NCBI GenBank assembly: GCA_963555825.3
Contig: CAUVXB020000002.1
Coordinates: forward strand, 1,472,001 to 1,536,000
DNA: 64,000 nucleotides
Source: Alphaproteobacteria bacterium
GTDB lineage: Bacteria; Pseudomonadota; Alphaproteobacteria; JAAXGF01
Direction of reading: 5' to 3'
Shown here: in pieces, positions 55,793 to 64,000 of the stretch
How the letters are laid out: every line of letters starts with the position of its first letter
How positions within the stretch are numbered: position 1 is the stretch's first letter
Made by a program: the position numbers and the translations under genes
The notes under the pieces: model-generated
Databases searched by the model: none
Told to the model about the DNA's origin: nothing
What the model saw: only the letters and a program-made list of their open reading frames with translations

Positions 55793-56740
55793 ATGCGCGA
55801 GCCAAACGCGAGTTCATGCATGACGCGGCGTAACTCACCGATTGAAGGTTCATCCCGCAGGCGATGGCGGGACCGCCTCGCTGTCGCACTGATTGGTCTC
55901 ATTTGCGGCGCCACCGTTGCACTCGGCGACGAGGCGCGTGACAGCACAACCGTGACATTCCCGAGCGCCTGGACGATCGACGCGACGCAGATTTCCGCCG
56001 AGCTGTTCGTTCCCGACGGCGACGGGCCGTTCCCTGCCCTCGTCCTGCTGCACGGCAGTAGTGGGATCGGGGAAGAAAATTACATTTGGGCCGCTCGGTT
56101 CCGCAGCATGGGTTACGTGGCGTTGGTCGTCGATTCGCTCGGTTCGCGCGGTATCGAAAAGCACCCCAAACAGCCATACGTGCACCTCCAATTCGGTGAT
56201 GCATATGGAGCCCTGGCGTATCTGCAACGCCAACCCTTCGCCGACGAGAATCGGATAGGGGTCATCGGCTGGTCGCATGGGGGATATGCGGTGCTCCACG
56301 CGGCCCGGGTTAACGGGCGGATTTCGCGGATCTTCGCGCGGCGTGTCGGGCGTTTCCGCGCGGCCGTTGCGTTGTACCCCTATTGCGGCGGTACCGACGT
56401 GTTCGACATCCCGATCCTAATCCTGATCGGCGAAGCGGACGATTGGTCGCCGGCGAGCATGTGCGTAACTTTGGCGCGTGCTGCTGCACAAATGGGCTCG
56501 CCCTTAGCGGTAGACGTCGTGGTCTATCCCGAAGCGGCCCACGGTTTCGACAGTGAGGTTACCGATGACCCGGCCCAGGTCGCCGCGTGAGCGGAGGAGT
56601 ATCCCGACATCGTCGCCGTGCCGGGCGGCTTACGCTACCTCGGCCACCTCATCAAGTACGACGCCAAGGCTACCGCCGACGCGATCGGTCGCGTCGAGGC
56701 GTTCCTTGCGGAACATCTGGGGCGCGGTTCAGACGATTAG
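55793..56740 (+). pseudogene. Dienelactone hydrolase family protein with in-frame TGA at 56588
   Basis: GWSHGG, GEADDW, AHGFD; frame continues past TGA into YDAKATADAIGRVEAFL. Confidence 0.75.
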
Positions 56741-57333
56741 TCGGCCGCCTCGGGCGGCCACAGGCGGGCCATCAGGGTGTCGGCGCGGGCGAGGCGGCCG
56801 GCGAGCCGCTCGCGGGTCATCTCCTGGTTGGGCGAATCGTCCTTGAGCCAATAGCGCAGCGTCGCGACGAACAGGGCGGTCAGGCCGATCTCCTCGAGCT
56901 GGCGGCGCCGGCCGCCGGCATCCAAGCCGGTGGCGTCGCGCAGCCACTGCACCGTGCGCGACAAATCGAAGACCATCGGCACCCAGTGGTGCGGGTGCGG
57001 CGGGTGCATCTTGGCGGCCAGCATCTCGCCGGTGACGCGCTTGTGGCCCGCGAGCGCGTCGAACCAGCGCATCATCACCAGATGCAGCCGGTTCTCGGCG
57101 GCCAGCTTGGCGAAGCCCCGGGGCGGCGGCGCCAGCATGGCCTTCGTCGCGCGGCCGAACCAGGCGTTGGCGACGGCGTCGAGGTCGCGGTAGTGCGCAT
57201 GGACCTCGGTCAGCTTGACGCCGAGCCGTTCCGCGACGATGCGCAGGCGCACGCTGCCCCAGCCGGCCTGCTCGGCCAGCGCGATGGCCTCGTCGACGAT
57301 GCGGTCTTCCAGCTTTGTTGTTTTGCGCGCCAT
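56737..57333 (-). CDS. TetR/COQ9-like protein
   Basis: N-terminal TetR HTH (IVDEAIALAEQAGW..VAERLGV), C-term WLKDDSP..TRERL. Confidence 0.8.
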   Translation of the reverse strand: MARKTTKLEDRIVDEAIALAEQAGWGSVRLRIVAERLGVKLTEVHAHYRDLDAVANAWFGRATKAMLAPPPRGFAKLAAENRLHLVMMRWFDALAGHKRVTGEMLAAKMHPPHPHHWVPMVFDLSRTVQWLRDATGLDAGGRRRQLEEIGLTALFVATLRYWLKDDSPNQEMTRERLAGRLARADTLMARLWPPEAAD

Positions 57334-57376
57334 CGGGCGTCTCCACCCGCCATGATAGGCGTTTGGCGCGCGCCCG

Positions 57377-57997
57377 TCAGCCCTTGCGCGCGAGCGCCAG
57401 GCCGAGCCCGGCGCCGATCAGGATCGTGCCGGTGATGCGGCCGCGGATGCGCGCGCGCCGCGCGTCGGCGAGCCAGACCCGCGCGCGGCTCGCGAGCAGC
57501 GCGTAGGAGCCGTCGAAGATCAGCGCGATGACGACGAAGGTGACGCTGAGCGTCACCATCTGCGGCACCGGCGGCAGCGCGGGGTCGATGAACTGCGGGA
57601 AGAAGGCGGCGTAGAACAACAGCGTCTTTGGGTTGGTCGCCGAGACGATGAAGCCCTGCCAGAAGCAGGCGCGGCCCGAGATGGCCGGGGCCGACGCGTC
57701 GCCCGGCGCCGGCGGCCTGGCGCGCAGTTCGGTGACGCCGAGATAGACCAGATAGGCGACGCCGGCCCAACGCAAGACCTCGAACCACTGCGACAGGAAC
57801 AGCAACAGCGAGGTCATGCCGATGCAGGTGACGGCGAGCTGGATCATCTGGCAGACGTTGGTGCCGGCGACCGTCAGCAATGCGTGGCGCGCGCCGTGGC
57901 TCAGGCTATGCGCGACGATCAGCATGACGTTCGGCCCCGGCACGATGATCAGCACCGCGCTGGCGACGACGAAGGCGAGATAGAGCTCGAGGTTCAT
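57377..57997 (-). CDS. LysE/RhtB family exporter
   Basis: PGPN, GVAYLVYLG, TNPK..FFPQF. Confidence 0.9.
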   Translation of the reverse strand: MNLELYLAFVVASAVLIIVPGPNVMLIVAHSLSHGARHALLTVAGTNVCQMIQLAVTCIGMTSLLLFLSQWFEVLRWAGVAYLVYLGVTELRARPPAPGDASAPAISGRACFWQGFIVSATNPKTLLFYAAFFPQFIDPALPPVPQMVTLSVTFVVIALIFDGSYALLASRARVWLADARRARIRGRITGTILIGAGLGLALARKG

Positions 57998-58021
57998 GGC
58001 CGGGCCTCCTCGGCCTGGAGC

Positions 58022-59221
58022 CTACAACGCGGCGAAGCCGCGGGCGAGGTCGGCCTTGAGGTCGGCGGTGTCCTCGAGGCCGACCGAGAGCCGCAGCATG
58101 CCGTCGCCGATGCCGATCTCGGCGCGTTCCTCGGGCTTGAGGCGCTGGTGCGTCGTCGTCGCCGGGTGGGTGATCAGCGTCTTGGCGTCGCCCAGGTTGT
58201 TCGAGATGTCGATCAGCTCGAGCGCCTTCAGGAAACGGAACGCGGCGTCCCTGCCGCCCGGCACGACGAACGAGACGACCGAGCCGCCATGCGCCATCTG
58301 GCGCTTGCACAAGGCGTGCTGGGGGTGGCTCTCGAGGCTCGGGTGCAGCACGCGCTCGACCGAGTTGACGGTCTCCAGGTGGCGCGCGATGTCGAGCGTG
58401 TTGTCGCACATGCGCCAGAGGCGCAACTCGAGCGTCTCGAGCCCCTTGAGCATGACCCAGGCGTTGAACGGCGAAAGGCTCGGCCCGGTGTGGCGCATCA
58501 GCGGCATCAGCTCGTCGGTGTAGAACGCCTTCGTGCCGAGGATCGCGCCGCCCATGCAGCGGCCCTGGCCGTCGATGTGCTTGGTCGCCGAATAGACCAC
58601 GACGTCGGCGCCGAGTTCGAACGAGCGCTGCAGCACGGGTGTCGCGAAGACGTTGTCGAGGACCACCCGCGCGCCGGCGTCGTGGGTGATCTCGGCCACC
58701 GCGGCGACGTCGATCAGCTCGGTCGTCGGGTTGGCCGGCGTCTCGAAGAAGACGGCCTTGGTCTCGGGCCGCATCGCCGCGCGCCACTGGTCGAGATCGG
58801 CGCCGTCGACGAAAGTGGTCGCGATGCCATAGCGCGGCAACAGCTCCGAGATGATGTAGTGGCACGAGCCGAACAGCACCTTCGAGGCGACCACGTGGTC
58901 GCCGGCGCGCAGCATGCTCATCAGCGCGGTGAACACCGCGGCCATGCCGGTCGCTGTCGCGAAGCACGCCTCGGCGCCGTCCAGCAGCGCCAGCCGGCGC
59001 TCGAACATCGCCACCGTCGGGTTGCCGTAGCGCGAATAGATGAAGCCGTCGTCCTCGCCCTTGAAGCGCGCCGCGGCGGTCTCGGGCGAATCGTAGACGA
59101 AGCCGGAATTGAGGAACATCGCCTCGGCGGTCTCGCCGAACCCTGAGCGCCGCGTGCCGCCGCGCACCATGCGCGTGCGCGGGCCCCAGCTCTCCTCGCG
59201 TGCCTCGATACTCTCGGTCAT
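58022..59221 (-). CDS. metZ: O-succinylhomoserine sulfhydrylase
   Basis: YSRYGNPT, ETPANP, DNVFA, SATKHIDGQGR, SNNLGDAK. Confidence 0.93.
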   Translation of the reverse strand: MTESIEAREESWGPRTRMVRGGTRRSGFGETAEAMFLNSGFVYDSPETAAARFKGEDDGFIYSRYGNPTVAMFERRLALLDGAEACFATATGMAAVFTALMSMLRAGDHVVASKVLFGSCHYIISELLPRYGIATTFVDGADLDQWRAAMRPETKAVFFETPANPTTELIDVAAVAEITHDAGARVVLDNVFATPVLQRSFELGADVVVYSATKHIDGQGRCMGGAILGTKAFYTDELMPLMRHTGPSLSPFNAWVMLKGLETLELRLWRMCDNTLDIARHLETVNSVERVLHPSLESHPQHALCKRQMAHGGSVVSFVVPGGRDAAFRFLKALELIDISNNLGDAKTLITHPATTTHQRLKPEERAEIGIGDGMLRLSVGLEDTADLKADLARGFAAL

Positions 59222-59248
59222 GGCATCCTCCCCCGGGCCCGGGGCCCG

Positions 59249-59287
59249 GAAAACAATAACACCGCCGCGGCCAAGCCGGGCGGTGTG
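59249..59287 (-). terminator. Terminator-like hairpin in metZ leader
   Basis: Minus strand acaccgcc..ggcggtgt followed by tattgtttt. Confidence 0.55.
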
Positions 59288-59291
59288 CCGT

Positions 59292-59344
59292 CGCTTTAGC
59301 CGTATTTTTAAAGCGCCCGCAAGCTGATATTCAAATCGGCGCTA
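59292..59344 (-). promoter_or_regulatory. SAM-II riboswitch upstream of metZ
   Basis: Minus strand agcgccGAUUUG..GCUUGCgggcgcu uuaAAAauacgGCUAAAG. Confidence 0.88.
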
Positions 59345-59353
59345 AGGGGCGGG

Positions 59354-59381
59354 ACTCTACCCGCGTGGCGCGGCCTGTCAA
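59354..59381 (-). promoter_or_regulatory. Sigma70-type promoter for metZ leader
   Basis: TTGACA-16-TAGAGT 10 nt upstream of aptamer. Confidence 0.6.
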
Positions 59382-59388
59382 GCCATCT

Positions 59389-59691
59389 CTCGGGGCGGTG
59401 GCGGGGAAGGTCACCGAGATCGTCGGCGACAACAAGGCCTACCTGACCGTCGACATCGACTGCCTCGACCCGGCCTTCGCGCCGGGCACCGGCACGCCGG
59501 TCTGCGGCGGCCTGAGTACCTGGCAGGCGCAGACGGCCATCCGCGGCCTGGTCGACATCGACTTTGTCGCCATGGACCTGGTCGAGGTGGCGCCGGCCTA
59601 CGACGTCGGCGAGGTGACGTCGCTCGCCGGCGCCTCGCTGCTGCTGGATTACTTCTGCCTGCGCTCGGCGCGCAAGAGACGATCGGCGTAA
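59389..59691 (+). pseudogene. C-terminal third of an agmatinase/ureohydrolase
   Basis: YLTVDIDCLDPAFAPGTGTPVCGG, DLVEVAPAYD; N-terminal metal ligands absent. Confidence 0.8.
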
Positions 59692-59857
59692 TGCGTGACG
59701 CACCGATCAAGCCGCGCCCGGGCCAAAACCGATCCCCAGCGCCGGCGATGCCTTCGCGCTCGACGCCGAACCGGCCCCACCAAGCGCCCCAAGGCGCAAG
59801 CGGCACGCAACCGACCACCCCATTTCCCATCTATCAAGCCCAATCTATCGGGTCGTA

Positions 59858-59928
59858 AATGTTATGGGGTCAGACTCCTTTTTTAACTAATGTCATGAAA
59901 TGATAATAAAAGTGTCTGACCCCATTAT
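59858..59928. repeat. AT-rich inverted REP-like pair
   Basis: atggggtcagactccttt..aaaagtgtctgaccccat; related to 16772-16892. Confidence 0.65.
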
Positions 59929-60000
59929 TAGAAATACGGCCCGAGGGGGCTATGGCCGCTGGGCTGCTGGGCTGCCGGGTAGGGGCGGCCGCGATGGCCG

Positions 60001-61698
60001 TTAAAACAGCCCGGTGATCTTGCCGTTGGCGTCGACCGCGATCGAGTTCGCGGCGGGCACGCGCGGCAGGCCCGGCATGGTCATGATGTCGCCGCAGATC
60101 GCGACCAGGAACTCGGCGCCGGCCGAGACGCGCACCTCGCGCACCGGCACGACGAAATCGACCGGCGCACCCTTGAGCGTGGGATCGGACGAGAACGAGT
60201 ACTGGGTCTTGGCCATGCACACCGGGAATTGGCCGAAACCTAAGTCCTGCAACAGGTCGATCTGGTCGCGCACGCGCTTGTCGGCAACCACGACGTCGGC
60301 GCCGTAGACGCTCTCGGCGACGGTGCGGATCTTGTCCCACAGCGGCATGTCGTCGGGGTAGAGCAACTTGAAGTCGCTCGGTTTCGTCTCGATGGTACGC
60401 ACCACGGTGTCGGCGAGATCGAGCGCGCCCTGGCCGCCCTGCGCCCAGTGGTCGGACTGCACCGCCTCGACGCTGATTTCCTTGCAGCGCGCCAGCACCA
60501 AGTCGACCTCGGCCTGGGTGTCGGCAGAGAAGGTGTTGATCGCGACGACGACCTCGACGCCGAACTTGCGCAGGTTGGCGATGTGGCGCTCGAGGTTGGC
60601 GAGGCCGCCGCCGAGCGCCTCGAGGTTCTCGCTCGTGAGGTCCCCCTTGGCGACACCGCCGTGCATCTTGAGCGCCCGGATGGTCGCGACGATGACCACG
60701 CAGTCGGGCGTGAGCCCCGCCTTGCGGCACTTGATGTCGAAGAACTTCTCGGCGCCCAGGTCGGCGCCGAAGCCGGCCTCGGTGACGCAGTAGTCGACCA
60801 GTTTCAGCGCCGTCGTGGTCGCCAGCACCGAGTTGCAGCCATGCGCGATGTTGGCGAACGGACCGCCGTGGATGAACGCTGGGTTGTGCTCGAGCGTCTG
60901 AACCAGATTGGGCGCCAGCGCGTCCTTCAGGAGCGCCGTCATCGGGCCCTGCGCCTTGAGTTCCGCGGCGCGTACCGGCGTGCGGTCGCGCGTGTAGCCG
61001 ACGATGATATTGCCGAGGCGGGTTTGCAGGTCGTCGAGGTCGCGCGCCAGGCAGAAGATCGCCATGACCTCGGAGGCGACCGTGATGTCGAAGCCGTCCT
61101 CGCGCGGATAGCCGTTGGCGACGCCGCCCAGCGAGTTGGTGATCGTGCGCAGCGCGCGCTCGTTCATGTCCATGGCGCGGCGCCAGGTGATGCGTCGCGA
61201 ATCGAGGCCGAGCTCGTTGCCCCAGTACATGTGGTTGTCGATCAACGCGGCGAGCAGATTGTTCGCCGTGCCGATGGCGTGCAGGTCGCCGGTGAAGTGG
61301 AGGTTGATGTCCTCCATCGGCACGACCTGGGCATAGCCGCCGCCGGCCGCGCCGCCCTTGACGCCGAAGCACGGGCCGAGACTCGGCTCTCGCAGGCAGA
61401 TCATCGCGCGTCTGCCGCGTGCGTTGAGCGCGTCGCCGAGACCCACCGTGGTCGTCGTCTTGCCCTCGCCGGCCGGCGTCGGCGTGATCGCGGTGACCAG
61501 GATCAGCTTGCCGTCGGGCTTGTCGTCCAGCGATTTGACGTAGTCGAGCGAGACCTTCGCCTTGTAGTGGCCGTAGGGCTCGAGATGCGTCGCCTCGATG
61601 CCCAGCTTGTCCTCGGCGATTTCGACGATCGGCCGCATCTCGGCCGCCTGGGCGATTTCGATGTCGGATTTCGGATTGGTGTGTTGATCGGTGGCCAT
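60001..61698 (-). CDS. fhs: Formate--tetrahydrofolate ligase
   Basis: [46 protein letters not shown]. Confidence 0.97.
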   Translation of the reverse strand: MATDQHTNPKSDIEIAQAAEMRPIVEIAEDKLGIEATHLEPYGHYKAKVSLDYVKSLDDKPDGKLILVTAITPTPAGEGKTTTTVGLGDALNARGRRAMICLREPSLGPCFGVKGGAAGGGYAQVVPMEDINLHFTGDLHAIGTANNLLAALIDNHMYWGNELGLDSRRITWRRAMDMNERALRTITNSLGGVANGYPREDGFDITVASEVMAIFCLARDLDDLQTRLGNIIVGYTRDRTPVRAAELKAQGPMTALLKDALAPNLVQTLEHNPAFIHGGPFANIAHGCNSVLATTTALKLVDYCVTEAGFGADLGAEKFFDIKCRKAGLTPDCVVIVATIRALKMHGGVAKGDLTSENLEALGGGLANLERHIANLRKFGVEVVVAINTFSADTQAEVDLVLARCKEISVEAVQSDHWAQGGQGALDLADTVVRTIETKPSDFKLLYPDDMPLWDKIRTVAESVYGADVVVADKRVRDQIDLLQDLGFGQFPVCMAKTQYSFSSDPTLKGAPVDFVVPVREVRVSAGAEFLVAICGDIMTMPGLPRVPAANSIAVDANGKITGLF

Positions 61699-61989
61699 GG
61701 TGTCTTCTGTTCCCGCTCGCTTAAGTGGCTCGGCACGATGGCGTCGAACGCGCGGTCAAAATCACCGCCTCGCCCGGCAATCGCGCTGCCGGCTTCGCGC
61801 CCTATACCTGACGGCAGACAAACAATGACCGGTCGCCGTGGCGGCACGTCTTCGCGCCACGTGGACCGGCTTACGGACGCTCGAAAAAAAGCCGCCGAAC
61901 CGTAGCGGTTTGCGGCGTTCGGGGCAACGGGTATTCACGCAGTTTTGAACACCGCGAACCGCGGATTCGATGTCCCGCCCGTGGCCTAA

Positions 61990-62025
61990 GAAAAAGGGGC
62001 ACCGGGCGTATGGCCCGGTGCCCCG
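61990..62025 (-). terminator. Intrinsic terminator of amt operon
   Basis: ggggcaccgggc..gcccggtgcccc then T6 on minus strand. Confidence 0.85.
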
Positions 62026-62052
62026 ACGTCAAGGCATGGCGTTGGCGCCGCT

Positions 62053-62274
62053 CTAGTCGGAGTCGCCCAACGCCTTTCTTATGGATTCGTCATCTCCATG
62101 TTTGGCCATCTCGTCGCGATAGGTGGCGTTTTCGTGCTTGACCTGCCAGACGTGCCAGAGAAGCCAAAGGACGACGGCGACCGCAGCCATGAGGCCTTCG
62201 GATCCGACAAACGGATATATATACGTGACGTCGGCCAGGTCGACGGCCCAGGTTTCGATCGGTGTGGTTGACAT
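62053..62274 (-). CDS. Small single-TM protein co-transcribed with amt
   Basis: AGGAG RBS; IYPFVGSEG..WLLWHVWQ..EN. Confidence 0.75.
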   Translation of the reverse strand: MSTTPIETWAVDLADVTYIYPFVGSEGLMAAVAVVLWLLWHVWQVKHENATYRDEMAKHGDDESIRKALGDSD

Positions 62275-62310
62275 GATCTATCTCCTTTATCCGATATCCG
62301 TTGGCCGTGC

Positions 62311-63696
62311 TCAGGCGCGTGCTTCGCGGACACCCGCGAGAACGTCGGCGCGGGCCTGATCGGCTTCCTGGTTGGAGCCGAAGTCGAGGCCCAGGAGCTC
62401 GATCTCCTTTGGAATGCGCAGCAAATCCATGCTCGCGAGGATCTTAGCGAGAATCCAGGCGGGAATGAATCCGAGCACCCAGAACATGATGATCGCGCCG
62501 GCGAACTGACCGACCGGGTTGATCGCGGCGAAGCCGTCGTAAGGCGATGACGGATGCCCCCAGAGCACGAAGCCGGCGATGACCACGCCGAAGAACCCGG
62601 CATAGCCGTGAACCGCGACCGCGCCGACCGCGTCGTCGACCTTGAACGTCCGCTCGACCCAGAAGTGCAGCTTGTACATGAACGCAGTGCCAATGCCGCC
62701 GATGATCAGCGCCTGGATCGGGTGGTAGAGATCGTTGCCGGCCGACGCCGCAATGATCCCGGCGAGACCGCCCGAGTAGGTCCAGAAGGCATCCCCCTTG
62801 GACATCATATAGCCCACCAGCATGCCGCCAGAGAGCGACATCAGGAAGTTTACCGTGATCGCCGAAAGCGTGGTTGGCGTCAGGTAAATGGTGGTCCCCG
62901 TCTGGGTGGCGCCGGTTATCAGGCCGTCGATATACCCGGTGGTCGCAAGCGGCACGTTACACGCCACGTAGAAGCCCCAGAAGCCGGTATAGATCAGGAA
63001 CAGCCCGATACATACCAGCCAGGGATTGTGGGGCCGGATGTCGCGCGGCGTGCCGTCGGCGGCGAACTTGCCGAGACGGGGGCCGAGCACCACCAGAATG
63101 CCGAGGGCGGTGCCGCCGGCGATGGCGTGGATGACGCCCGAGGCATAGGCGTCGTGATAGCCCAACTTCTCGACCATCCAGCCGCTGTAGCTCCAGCCCC
63201 AGGCGGCGTCAATCGACCAGGTGACCGAGCCGATGAGGATGGCGAAGAGCCAGAAGGCGAAGGAGCGAATGCGCTCGATAACCGCGCCCGAGACGATCGA
63301 GGCGGCGGTCCAGGCGAACAGCAGGAAGGCGGCCCAGAAGACGCCGGTGATGCGGCCTCCAAGTCCGTCTGCGCCCAGGTTCGGTCCCATTTCCTGGCTC
63401 CAGGGATAGGAGGCCACGGCGAAATCGAAATCCCCACCCGGATGGCCGATGCCACCGGTGATGCCCGGGCCGCCCGCGAACGCCCAATAGATCCACCAGC
63501 CGAAGAAGAACCAGGTGACGGTGACCAGCGGGATCAACATCGAATTCTTCATCAGCGTGTGCATGTGGTTTCTGCGCCGGCTCGCGCCCACCTCGTACAT
63601 GCAGAACCCGACGTGAATCAGGAACATCAGCGCGACGGTAATCCAGTAGTAGAACTCGGTGAATATGATAGTTAACGCACCAACATCGGTATCCAT
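62311..63696 (-). CDS. Ammonium transporter (Amt) family, divergent
   Basis: GFCMYEVG, SGAVIER, HDAYASGVIH, GPRLGKF, VDDAVGAVAVHG. Confidence 0.9.
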   Translation of the reverse strand: MDTDVGALTIIFTEFYYWITVALMFLIHVGFCMYEVGASRRRNHMHTLMKNSMLIPLVTVTWFFFGWWIYWAFAGGPGITGGIGHPGGDFDFAVASYPWSQEMGPNLGADGLGGRITGVFWAAFLLFAWTAASIVSGAVIERIRSFAFWLFAILIGSVTWSIDAAWGWSYSGWMVEKLGYHDAYASGVIHAIAGGTALGILVVLGPRLGKFAADGTPRDIRPHNPWLVCIGLFLIYTGFWGFYVACNVPLATTGYIDGLITGATQTGTTIYLTPTTLSAITVNFLMSLSGGMLVGYMMSKGDAFWTYSGGLAGIIAASAGNDLYHPIQALIIGGIGTAFMYKLHFWVERTFKVDDAVGAVAVHGYAGFFGVVIAGFVLWGHPSSPYDGFAAINPVGQFAGAIIMFWVLGFIPAWILAKILASMDLLRIPKEIELLGLDFGSNQEADQARADVLAGVREARA

Positions 63697-64000
63697 GCTT
63701 CAACCCCCTTATGATTCTGACCGCATGGCGGGAGGGATCGGTCCGTGCGTGACCTCGGCGCCGCGTCGTTGGCAGACCGTTGGCAATGTTGACGCTAATT
63801 CGCGAAACCACGACATATAGTGTCTACCAGCCGCCACATGACATATATCCCGTATGCCGGTCGATCCGCAAGGATTTTATCAACGGCCGATCGAGGCTGC
63901 TTGACCCTCCCTTGGTCCGGTAAGCCCGGACTTTTCAGTGGCCATTGAAGCCCGCAACTAGGCCGGGGTCAAGCGCCAGTTGGCGTCGTGTGGTCAATTA

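Noticed and set aside
56588-56590. Selenocysteine codon
   Set aside because: Not at a catalytic Cys position and no SECIS-like hairpin recognised by eye
61700-61920. ZTP or THF riboswitch upstream of fhs
   Set aside because: No consensus elements recognisable by eye; an Infernal scan would be needed to exclude it

Overview
GC-rich (approx. 65-70%) alphaproteobacterial chromosome segment, probably from a long-read assembly or MAG. Left arm (1-24 kb): MBL hydrolase, HigBA, glxR/hyi with a DNase I-like gene between them, a complete aa3 cytochrome c oxidase operon (coxB-coxA-ctaB-ctaG-coxC-DUF983-surf1-ctaA-M32 peptidase) with a folded MITE between coxA and ctaB, tldD, three internally deleted genes, a caspase-MlaC fusion, kbl-tdh and a MerB-like gene. 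Centre (24-52.5 kb): an accessory island with 15 IS/MITE insertions (IS630 x4, IS21 x2, IS110/IS1111 x3, IS1182 plus its MITE, IS256 x2, IS66, an ISDol1/IS1182-like element, IS1595), several nested. Beneath them lie small genes separated by a conserved double-hairpin repeat (31 nt + 16 nt spacer + 30 nt). Right arm: sulfite reductase/siroheme genes under tandem SAM-II riboswitches, metZ under a third SAM-II, fhs and a divergent Amt. Highlights: (i) an IS110-family bridge recombinase whose four RNA guide segments can be read from its 3' non-coding end and match its donor and both insertion sites, plus traces of a third, subpopulation insertion in kbl; (ii) the hairpin-repeat small-gene array that three different IS types target; (iii) an IS66 element carrying a DUF4338 (DruA/Mom-like) gene; (iv) tandem SAM-II riboswitches. 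All calls were made by eye; no searches were run.
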